64,000 nucleotides of DNA. It comes from Piromyces finnis finn (lineage: Eukaryota > Fungi > Neocallimastigomycota). The stretch is taken from assembly GCA_002104945.1 (NCBI GenBank), contig MCFH01000001.1:1302001-1366000 (forward strand), written 5' to 3'. The notes under the pieces were generated by a model. The model was not told the DNA's origin and did no database searches. It worked only from the letters and a program-made list of their open reading frames with translations. Made by a program: the position numbers and the translations under genes. The number at the start of each line of letters is the position of its first letter. Within the stretch, counting starts at the first letter, position 1. This document shows positions 52,093 through 64,000 of this stretch, piece by piece.

Positions 52093-53155
52093 ACAAGGAA
52101 AACTTTAAATGATAAACGCAATAGTAAAAGTTTTATTTATTTAAGGAATAACAGTGATAAAAATAATAAATAAATAATATAAATTTTAATTCATAAAGAT
52201 AAACTATTTATTAATGTTTGATAAATAAATTATATATTGAAAATAATACATTTATAATAAATAAAATAAAATAAAATAATAATAATAATAAAAAATAATA
52301 AAATAAAATAAAATAAAATAAAAAATAAAAAAAATATATATAATATTTATTTCTTTTACATTAAACTATTAATTAAAAGAATTAATAATTCCATCCAAGT
52401 TATAAAAAAACTTTTCTTTTGATTTCCTATAAGCAATAAAAATGTACCCTTTGAAAAGAAGTGTGAATAATAATACTTTATGTAATATTTAGGTATTAGA
52501 ATGACAATACATTAAAGATATATTATAACAACGCATATAATTTTATTATTCTATTCTTATTGATAAAAACATTTGTTAAATTCTATAGATTCTATAGATT
52601 ATTATTTCTCGTTTATTATAATACTATCTTCATAAATTTAATTACGTTTACTTCAATAATTAGACTTTTTAAAGAATGCTTATCCATATATATAAATAAT
52701 TATAAAAATTATTACATGGATGGTATTATAAATACCACTAAATTTTGTATATTTTATTGCTTTCTTTTATAAGAATTCATGTTCCTATGTTAATATATTT
52801 AATAATTATAAATATTAAAATAAAAATGTTAAAAAAATTTTCCCCAAAAAAAATCAAAAGCAAAACAAAAACAAATTCTTCAATTAAAGAAAATAATATC
52901 TATTTTTTTTTAGCAGTTTATATACTGCTTTTAATGAATATTTTTTAATCATTACAATTTAAAAAAATAATATTTATTATTAAAAATTTTAAAAATGTGT
53001 TTTTTATAACACAAATTTGATTTTTTAATGAAATTAGCCAATCATGTTTTTGAAGAATAATTATTTTTGAAATATTGTTAAAGTAAAAAAAAATATTAAA
53101 AAAAATAATTTTGAATATAATTAATAAAATTATATATATTTTTTTTAAATTCAAA

Positions 53156-53679
53156 ATGTCAAGAAAACAACCTCGTATTGTACCTTGGACTAGTATTCAA
53201 GAGTGGGAACAAGTTTATCATAATTTATATTCAGGATATTGGAGTAATGATTATAAAACTATTGAAAAGGGAATTAAAAGAGTAAATTTTAAAATTAATT
53301 AATTAATAATCAATTAATAATTTAAATTATTATAATTTCAATATATAAAGGAATTTATATAACAATAAACAAAATTAAAATATATTATAAAAGTTAACAG
53401 AAACTTATTTTTAAGTTTAAACGATAATTAAATAATTTATAAAATTTCAATTTTTTAAAATGCATTTCATTTCATTTCATTTTTTTTTTTAAAAAAAAAA
53501 GATTCAAAAATTCATAATAAATATAGTGAATATTATGAATATATTACAATAAAATGTATACATGTTTTAATTATTAAGTTTAGTAATTTTATATATATTA
53601 TTATTTTAAATTTATATTTATTATATTTATATTATTTTGATAAAGTTTAATTAAAATGATTCTTTAAATTTAAATTTTC

Positions 53680-53710
<31 letters not shown>

Positions 53711-55224
53711 TAAGAAATAATTATTAATGAAATTAATATTATATATATAAATTTATTATAAATTATTGTTAATATTCAACTATAGATAAAAGCTTGGAAA
53801 AGTAGAGGAAAAGTCCCACAAGCAATTGAATCAACATCAACTTTTATGGAAATTTATGTTAGAGATTGCATTTCAACTAATTTAACTTATTACCCAAATG
53901 ACGATTTAAAATATTTTACCCCGATTTCTGAAAATGAATTAAGATTATTATATACTATGACTTTTATAAGGTAATAAAATTTATTTTTATTCGTTCATTA
54001 TTAAAATTAATTATATATTCATGTTTATTAATATTATGCACTTTTATATCTAATCTAATAATTTATAAATAAAATAATATCTATTTGCAACAATTATATA
54101 TAAAATTCCTTCTTTTATATAATAGATTTGTTAATGGTATTATTGATCCATTACAAAAAGGTGCATATGCTGTTTCAATTTCAAGTTTAGCAGAACAATT
54201 AGGTTTACCACAATGGTTTGTAGACTTAAGACACGAAGGAACACATGACCAATTACCAAGTTTGAAAGTATTAAGAAATGGGTGCAAACAGGTAACCAAT
54301 ATTTAGAAAACTTTTACTTTATTTAATAATTATTATAATAGTTTTAATAGCTTTTAATAATTTTATAAATTTTATCTATTAAAATTAATAATAGGCCTTA
54401 GATTGGTTAAATAATTTCTATTGGATGAAGCAAAAGAATTTTGTTAATGATACCACTTTGTATGTTAAAGAAAAATTAAATAAATATATTATAAAAAGAA
54501 AACAATACCTGAAAGGTAAATTTTATTTCTAAAATGATTATTCCAACATTTTTATTATATTTGTATATATTAATAAATTTATAATTTTACTTTATAGAAA
54601 ATCATAGTGAAGAAGAAATGAATAATCAAGCTGATTGTATAAAACTTATTAATGACGTTATTGATGGTGTTGGAGAATCATTCCGTACAATTTTAATTCC
54701 AATATTGCTAGAAGAAGGAATGTTAATTCCTCTAAAGAAAAGGTAGTAAAAAAATTTTTTTTAAATATGAAATATGATTTTTAGCTATTAATCAAAACAA
54801 ATTTTAATTTTCTTTTAATAATTGTCAATAGACACCGTCCAACATATCCACAATTAATATTAGGAAAAAAACAAATTGATCTTTGGATACCCTGTTTAGA
54901 AACATTAAGTAATGTATGGACTGACTTTAATACAGAATTGATTTTTGCTTTATTAGGAAGACTTGATGTTGAAGGTAAATAAAGTTAAATTATATCTAAT
55001 TTTTTTTTTTTTTAAAAAAAAAAAAAAAAGTAATGTAATAATAATTATTTTAATTATTAATATTATCTTATACTATTATTTTTCCAATAAAATAAGATTC
55101 GGAAACCAATGAAGAAGAAACAAAAGATGAATATTTCGGAAATGATGAAAAAATTGTATATTCTCCAAGTTATAAAGCAACAGCTGGTAAATTAATATAA
55201 ATAAACATTTATTTCAATATATTT

Positions 55225-55269
<45 letters not shown>

Positions 55270-56336
55270 GTGATTTTATAATATATATATATATTATTAA
55301 AAAGTTTCATGGGCTAAATTTATTTTAAGCAAATCCAATAAAGATGAAGAATTTTCTATTAATGATATATTGAAAATATGTTTAAATAGACCAAATAAAT
55401 AGTAAATATGGAAATTTTTTTGATATAAATGTGCATTAATTAATAGAATATAATTTATATTTATTAATAAAATTATATATAAAACTTTAATGATAAAGTT
55501 CTAGAATGCTTATTCAAGATATAATTCAAAAAGATTTAGAATTAAAAAAAGCTTTGACACCAATATTACAATATATCGATTTCTCAATTTTAGGCATTGA
55601 TCGTTCAATAGTAAAGTGTTAAATTTATAATAGAAATAATATATATATTAAAAAAAAAAAAAAAAAGTTTTATTAATAAAAATAATGTATTGACAAAAAA
55701 ATATAATTATAGAAAATTGATGATGAAGAAGTTAAATCACTAAACAAAGAAGAAATGAAAAATGAAATCCAAGTATTACATAATAAATTATTACAAGTTA
55801 AAAAACAAAATGTAATAAATGAAATCATAAAAATATCATTAAATTTGTATAATAAGCAAAATAATAATCAATCTATCTATATATACATTTTAAATTAATT
55901 TATTTTTATTAGGAACTTCAACATAATAACAAAAATACTATTGACAATACTGATGATGATATTAATATGTATGATGATTCTGAAGAATCATGGGTAAAAT
56001 GTAATTCTTGGTCAAAATGTCCAATTGGTAGTTTTTTGGAAAATGATACTAATTTAGATTTACCAATGGAATTAGATGATCCTGTTTTCTTAAAAAAATA
56101 TGGTATATATCAAATGCCTGTTATGAATCAACCAATGTACATAGAGTAAGTTAAAAAAGAAAAAAAAATTATTATTATTATTATTATTATTATTATCATT
56201 ATTATTAACAAATATACATTATTTATTTATTATATATATATATTTAAAAAAAAACAGTATTCAAAACGAAGAAGAAAAAGTAGAGTTGAATGAAAACAAT
56301 TTAAAATATCTATCCGAACAAATCGATTTAATATAA
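53156..56336 (+). CDS. LAS1: Las1 HEPN endoribonuclease (pre-rRNA ITS2 processing), multi-exon
   Basis: RIVPWTSIQEWEQV, AWKSRGKVPQAIEST, RFVNGIID and the HEPN motif VDLRHEGTHDQLPSL; terminal exon stop at 56334-56336. Confidence 0.92.
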
Positions 56337-56831
56337 TTTATTTCTTATTTATAATAAAAACAAAAATAGAATTTTATATATTAAAATAAATAAAAAATTA
56401 TATATAATTATTTTAATACTTCTCTAAACAACACGCTAGTTATGTTAAATTTTTTTTTTTTATTGCTCACTCTTTTATTTTTTATTTTATTATCATATTT
56501 ATGTTTTAATATTTTAATTATATTTGCCTTTTTGCATATTTATTTTATTTATTTTTTATATATTTTTTTCTTTCTTTCTTTTTTTTTTTTATATACATCT
56601 ATTCAAAATGAATATATATATTTATTTTTTTTATATATAATTTTGACTCATTTTAATATTTTTATTTATGTCTCTTAATAGGCTAATAGATTCATGAATT
56701 TTTTGTGAATTATTAAAGATAATTTAATAGATCAATAAATAAAATTAAAAAAAAAAGTATATTTTCCTATTGTTTATTTTAGATCGATATTTATTAACTA
56801 AAATTTTTTATAAAAAGAAAGAGGAAAATAT

Positions 56832-58681
56832 TTATTCTTCCTTTTCTTTTGCTTCTTCTGGTTCAATCCATTCAATACGTTTTTTTAAACTTGGAAAAAT
56901 TGAAAAATATTCAGTTACTGAACGAACATTTTTTTTTGTCCAGATTTTTCCATTTTGAATGTCTTTATCAAAGGTTCCAGCCATGTTAGCGGCCTTGTTC
57001 CAACCTTCACCCTTTCCATCACAAAGGAAAAGATGTGAGAAAGCAGGATTAAAAGTAATAAGACTTTCTTTTGAGACAGATTCTGGTTGATTGTAGAGCT
57101 TACGAATAGCTGATTTCCAAGAATCGGTCATAAGTTGTTTTGGAAGAGATTGTCTTTCACGGAAACGAACAAAAGCACTTTGAGAAAGATAACAGAAACC
57201 ATTTAATATTTTTGTAAGGAAAATAAATATGGAATTTACACCAATAGCGATATCAAGAAGTAAAGAATTAGACTTCTTCTTCTTACATTCAATTAAATAG
57301 TTTCTAATATAACGACCAAAGTTATATGGAGCATAGAAACCTGAAACCATGGCAGTAAGATGGGTACCAAGAGAAGTAAAATTGGCTTTTTTATGATAAA
57401 GCATGTGTGCAATAATAGCTCTATTAATATAAGTATATAGATATAGATATATAATAATTATTAAATTATTTATATAATATATAATGATTATATTATTATA
57501 ATAAATATATAAATTAAAATTATTACTAATACTATATTTAAATAATAATATAGTTTTTGTTAAGTTCATGTTATGTATTAAAATCATAATTACCTTATTT
57601 CATCAGGTTTTAAATTATTTAATAATCCTCTAGTAATGAGAATAACAGAATTATCATTCTTAATACCACCAGTCAAACCATTAATTTCTTCACTTGGATG
57701 AATATAAACATCTGGAACACTATCTAAATTTATTTCTTTGGAAATAGCTTCAACAATTTCACAAAGTTCAGAAGTAGCTGGACACTTTTCTGCACCAAGT
57801 TCTTTAACTATCATTTTTCCACCTTGATTATATAAATGACTAACATTAACAATAGCTGGGAAATCAATTCCAATCTTTACAGCATTTGAAATGATAGTTG
57901 ATCCAGTAATTTGTTTAAATACAAAAGCACCTAAAGAAGATGCAAAAATGAAAGAGGTCCAAAGAAGATAAGGTGAAGCAGCAGAAAGTTTTTCCAAATT
58001 TTCTTTTTCAAATTTAAATGTTGATGCTTTTTCAAGAGTTGAAGGAATTCTATTTAATTTATCAACAATACTGTCTCTTAGTTTGTTGTAAAATTCTTTA
58101 ACTTCATCTTTTGTTGTTTCATTATTTTCTTTATTTTCATTATTTTTTTCATTTTCATTTTCATTTTCATTAATATTATTATTATTATTATTATTAATGT
58201 TACGTGAATTACTATTCATTGTACCACTTACACTTTCTTTATTGAAATCATTATCAACTTTATTAAAAGCTGCATTGCTAAAATAATCAGAAGAAAAATC
58301 TTTATTTGTATCAGATGGTTGATCCCTTTCTTCTTTATCTAAATTTGATGGTTGATTTCCGTCTTCCTTATCATTTTCATAAAATGATGAATAAAATCTT
58401 CTGCTAGTAAATTCTTTTTTAAATAAATAATTGCAATTAGTTTTTGAAACAGAATTATTTTCTTTAAGCTCGGCCAAAGAAGATATAATTCTACAAGGAG
58501 AAGTATGTAATAAATTACAAGAATTTAAATTTAAATTTCTAGTTGAATTATTTATTAAAACAACTTTATTAAGTGTAGAATATTGTTTTAAGCTACTTTT
58601 AATTAAAGGTAAAGAATATTGTTGAATATTCTTATTTAAATAAGATTTCTTTAAAGAATTATTTATAATTGAGAAACTCAT
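56832..58681 (-). CDS. HtpX-like M48 family membrane protein with mitochondrial/hydrogenosomal-type presequence; zinc-protease motif degenerate
   Basis: Exons 58681-57594 and 57420-56832 join in phase (AG+A). They encode PDVYI...EINGLTGG...VILITRGLLNNLKPDEIRAIIAHMLYH, RFRE, NPAFSHLFL and FPSLKKRI. The N-terminus is rich in S/K/N/L/R and poor in acidic residues. Confidence 0.8.
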
Positions 58682-61621
58682 TGTTTTTCCTGTTGATATA
58701 TATATTGAAAATACTAAATATTTATGTAAATAATTTTATATATATATATAATTGCTTTTTTTTTCAAAAAAAAAAAAAAAAGGTGAAAAGTATATTTTTA
58801 TTTATACTATTTACAATAAAGTCTCAATATAAAAATATTGGAGTACAGCAATAGTAATTGTAATAAAAGAAAATATACTTTATATGTAATATACTGTATA
58901 TAATAGTATATTAAAAATTTTAAAAAAATTTTTTATTATTTTATGTAAATATTAAAAATAATTTTATAAGATTATTCTTACAGTTTTATTATTTTTAATA
59001 ATAATTATTATTTTATAATAATGAAAAAGAAAAAAAGAAATTTAGTAATTATATATCAAATATGTAAAATTAACTTTTTTTCTATGTTTTAATAATTAAA
59101 AGAAAGAATGAAAAATATTTCCATTTTTAAAATAAAAAAAATTCAAACGATTTAAACAATTAGATAAAAAAGGAAATATATTATTTAATTAAAAAAAAAA
59201 AAAATATTAAATTAAATAATTAATATGAATAATTAAAAAAAAAAAACTTTTTAGTAAAAATAAATTTTATTATTAAACTATAAAGAAATTTTAACATGAA
59301 CTTGGTTTATTAGAAAATTATTACCATTCCTTACTTTAGTTTTGTAGCATTCAAGTTTTTTTTTTTTTTTTTTTTTTTTTTGAAATTGTATAGTCCACTA
59401 TAAATTAAAATCTTTTATTAAAGAAATAAATAATGAAAAAATATATTAAATTGTATTTTATTTTTATGAAATATTATCATTAATAAAAATAGTTTTTATT
59501 TTTTTAAATTCTCTAACACATTATAAAAAACAAAACATATAATTTTATTGGATTCTAAACTTTAAATAATATATATTTAAAAGAACAAAATTTAACAAAA
59601 ATTTAATTGATAATAGAATAATAGAAAAACTTCAAATTTATACTATTTGAAATTGTGGAATCTTTTCATACATAATACATATATATATTTATATATGTTT
59701 GTAAATTTCTATAAACCTATTTAGAATATAATATATATTTACATATATTGTATACTGTGTATTTGGTAATTTTTATTTGTATATATTTGTATATTTAATA
59801 CAATTTAATACAATATACTACATACATTTTCAATCAAAAATTACAGAAAATAAAATACATATTTTGGATACAATTTTAACCAAGGGTTATGTTATACCTT
59901 AATTAATATGCTGGTTATTAATTATTAATGTACTCTATTTTTTATTATAAATTACTAAAAGAATATATTTACTTTTTTCAAAAACTAATATTTTAGTTAG
60001 TGCATAATAATATAATAATGCATTTATATTTGAAAAAATTAAATTTATTCAATTATTAATTTTATTTTTTTAAATAGTATTTTCAATGAATAATGAAGGA
60101 TAGTAGTACAACTTATAACATATTAATGAATAAATTAATAACATAAAATATGGAATGATAATTGTATTAAACATTAATTATATATTGTATTTTCTTTTCA
60201 GCATAATTATTATTGCTATTTGACATATAATTGATTCTGTTTTATTGTTTCAGTTACATAATTTATATAAATTATTGGTAAGCGTATTAATAAATAATTT
60301 TTAATTCAATAGTAAATACCAACCAATATTGTATATAAATATAAATTTTATAATTATAAAAATTTAATTAATATAACAAATTATATAATTTTTCTTATTT
60401 TAGTGGTCAAATTCCACAAAAAACTATAAATTTATACCATAAAATAATATATGTTAAAATGTAAAATTATAAATTGAGAGTAAAATTATTTAGCCAAATT
60501 AATACTAAAATTTAAAGTTATTAAAAATTTTTTATATTATGTAAATATAAATTGATTCATTAATTGAAAAATACACCTAAAGTAAATGTGCCATATTTAT
60601 AATATATTAATGTATATTATAATAAATAATTATAATTCATATTATTTGAGCTAATTCGATTTTAATTTAAAACAAATTCAAATAAATTCAATATATAAAG
60701 TGAATATAAAGGTTATTATTAATAATTAATGCTAATATAAAATTTATCCATATTTTTATTGGTAATTTTTATTATAATGAAATATAAAGATTTTTTTTTT
60801 TTTTTTTAAATTTCATTTACATAATAACAAATTTGATTTTGATTTTCAATAAAAATAGTTTAAAAGTAATATAGATTATTATAAGAAAACATATATAAAG
60901 AAAGCTTTTTTTTTTTATTTTATTTCTTTTTTTTTTTTTTTTAAAAAAAAGAATTTTTATTTCTTTGGAATATGCATAAATAAAAAAAAAAAAATTCCAT
61001 TTAAAAATAATAAATGTTATTAACTATTTTATTCATTGGTTCAAAATAAGAAATAATACAATAATACTAGTCTTTAAACATTTATAAGGGGAATAATAAA
61101 GTCATTATTGAGAAATAATTACGAAACCAATAAAGTAAGTATAATTTTTTGGAATAAAAATATTTTGTATTTTTTGCTTTTTTTTATTATTAGGAAATTT
61201 TAACAAATTAATGGAATTAATAGAGTTAATATATAATATCTTAACACATTACTTATTATATGATAAACATTTTCTGAGAAAAATCATTTATGTAAAATTT
61301 TAGAATTTAATAATATCTATAATAATATTAAATATATTATATTAATCAATATATTTATAAAAGTAATACAAAATAATAAAGTCGGAAAAAAAAATATTTA
61401 TTTTAATATTTAATTTCATTTGTTTTTTTCTTTTATAATTATAGATTATTATTATTAATGTAAATCATCTTAGTTTTTATTAATTAATAATTTTTTTTTT
61501 TTAAAATATTATAATTTATAAAAATGTAGAAAGAATAAATAGTCGTGTTAATATAAGTTTGTAAATAATATTAAAATAAAAACCAACATACACAAAATTT
61601 TTATATATAATATAAAAGAAA

Positions 61622-64000
61622 ATGTTTTTCAAAGATAAAGAAATTGTATTTGGACAATACCAATTCGATGCTGTAAGTTTTTATTTAATTATTAAATTTG
61701 TAAAATTTGAATACCTATGAATTTTATTTTTATTACTTTTTATATATTAATGTTATTTATTTCCATTTCTATAGGAAGAAGAAGATGAAATAGGTTTTAA
61801 AGTGGGTGAACCGATTATTATAGTTGAAAAGGACGAGAAATATAATGATGGTTGGTGGAAGGTAAATTGTTTGAAATTAAATTTTGATAGTATTAAGAAA
61901 CAACAACAACAACAAAAACTTAAAATACCTTTAATTTTTTTTTTAAAATTTACAAAAGATTACATATTAACTAATACTAACAATAATATAATAAATAATT
62001 TATTAAATATTTAATTGTATAAAAATTATAATGTATTATTAGGGCATGAAATTCAATGGTACAATTGGAATTTTCCCAAGTAATTATGTTATTGATAAAA
62101 ATATAAAAAATGTAGATGTAGAAAAATTATTAAATTATAGAGAGAAATCCCTTAACAAAACAACAATAAAGTTAAAATCACCAAAACAATCTAGTAAATC
62201 CCCAAAACAATTATCAGTCGAACCATCAAATTCACCAGATTCTCTTAAATCCCCTCAATCATATAAATCTTCAAAGTCAACAAAATCAAACATATCTCAA
62301 GTTTCACCGAAATCTCCTACAACCAAAGTTTCTTCTCCAAAATCCCCTAAATCACCTATAACAAAATCCTTATCTCCAAAATCACCTAAATCCCCAATAA
62401 CAAAAGCCTCACCATCACCAAAGTCACCTAAAAAATCACCAACAACACTCACTATTGAAATGACTGATACAATTGATAAAAATTTCAAAAAAGGTAAATC
62501 ATCTAAAAATGAGTCATTTGTTTATAACGAAGAAAAATCTGAAAGTCCAAAATCACCAAAAAAATTATCAAATCAAAAATCACCATCAAAAGTAGTTATG
62601 AGTTTCTATACAGGTCAAGAAAGTTGTCATGGTAGTATCATACGTTTGTCATCAGCAGATGATCATGAATTATCAGATTCAATGATATTACCATTACCAC
62701 AAGAAAATAATGGTGATGACTCATTAATAATAAATAGAAAAGATAGTAAAAAATCAAAGAATGGATGTAATATATCTATTAATACAAATCCAATTGTTTT
62801 CAATAGTAGTAATGTTCCAAAGTCACCATATTTAATGCGTACTCCACGTAGTGCTACTAAATCACCATATTTAAGTTCCCCAAAACATAATTCATATACT
62901 CCTCAGAGTGCAACCGCTAAATCACCATATATTCAAATGAAATCATGTTTAAAACATAAAAGTACTAGTGTACCATCTTCGCCAATAAAGAAATATGATA
63001 ATAGTGTTCCAATGATTAATACAATAAATATTAAACCAAATATAGCAACCATGGAAATCGAAAATTTAAGTGGTATTTCTGGTGCATCAAGCTTATTTAG
63101 TCCAAATCGTACAACTAGATATATGGATGATTTTATGTTAGATGATAATGATCCTGAAAATCCAAAAAATTGGAATGTCGATGAAGTAGCAGATTGGCTT
63201 TATAAGATAGGCTATGTTTCAGCTTCGTCATTCTTTAGAGAAAAGAAAGTTGATGGCAAAATGTTAGTTCAAATGAATTTACCAACTCTTCGTGAAATAG
63301 GTGTAAGTACATTGTCAGAAAGAATTACTCTATTACATTCAATTTTATCATTGAAAGAAGAATATTCATCAAAATGTTTTGAAGAAATGCTATATAGTGG
63401 TAATGTTACATCAGAGACGTTGGCATCACCAGTTAAACAAAGTACTATAGATGGCAATTATTATCAAATGGAAATGAATAATATGTATGAAAAAGCACTA
63501 AAGAATCCAAATATTGATGATGAAAAGAAAAAGGTAAGAAACGTAACTAATTAATTTTACTATTATTAATAATATATATTTTATAAAATATACATTATAT
63601 ATATTATATTAATTTCTATAAATACATTTAACATTATAGAAACTTAAAAAAATGATGTCTACATTTACAGTGAGTGATTATTTAACAGAATCTCCAAATC
63701 GTGATCAAGAATATATGCAGTTACAGAATCAATTATTAAAGAAGCAACAATTACAAAATAAACAAAATGGTAGAGGTCAATTAACAATGAATCAATATAA
63801 TAATGCTTATAATGAATCTCCAAAACAATATTATATGTCTGATCAATATGGAAGAAATATTCCAATGATTAATAATAATTCTAACCAAGCAATTACACAT
63901 AATAACATGATGATGATGCAAAATTCTAAAAACTTTGTTAAAGGAAATAATAATATGTATAAGATAGAAACAAATGTATCCCCATTAATGAATGAACATA
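61622..64000 (+). CDS. Boi1/Boi2/Pob1-like SH3-SAM polarity scaffold, continues past the window end
   Basis: Spliced SH3 (FDAEEEDEIGFKVGEPIIIVEKDEKYNDGWWKG...GIFPSNYV), an SP-rich linker and a SAM domain (WNVDEVADWL...VDGKMLVQM...LREIGV...ERITLLHSI). The PH domain expected downstream is not in the window. Confidence 0.8.

Overview
Very AT-rich, intron-rich eukaryotic genomic DNA. Composition, short GT-AG introns, (AAT)n tracts and gene content suggest an early-diverging fungus, most likely an anaerobic gut fungus (Neocallimastigomycota); this is an inference. Eleven protein-coding genes are supported: ATG4 (runs off the left edge), an Integrator subunit INTS13/Asunder homolog, two near-identical ARF1 paralogs in opposite orientation, a Bin3/MEPCE/Bmc1 methylphosphate capping enzyme, an intronless homeobox factor behind a ~14.8 kb gene desert, a class I-alpha DAHP synthase, muskelin, a p24/TMED cargo receptor, LAS1, an HtpX/M48-like protein with a broken HExxH motif and an organellar-type presequence, and a Boi/Pob1-like SH3-SAM protein (runs off the right edge). 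Retroelements are present. One is a 556-bp tRNA-headed SINE-like insertion with a poly(A) tail and a 13-bp target-site duplication (TSD), carrying an intron-like segment with a perfect U1-complementary 5' splice site. A head-to-tail cluster of decayed LINE copies has an Asn-rich linker that coincides with large (AAT)n expansions. Two 5'-truncated copies of a second LINE family have clean TSDs. Homology calls come from recalled motifs, not database searches.
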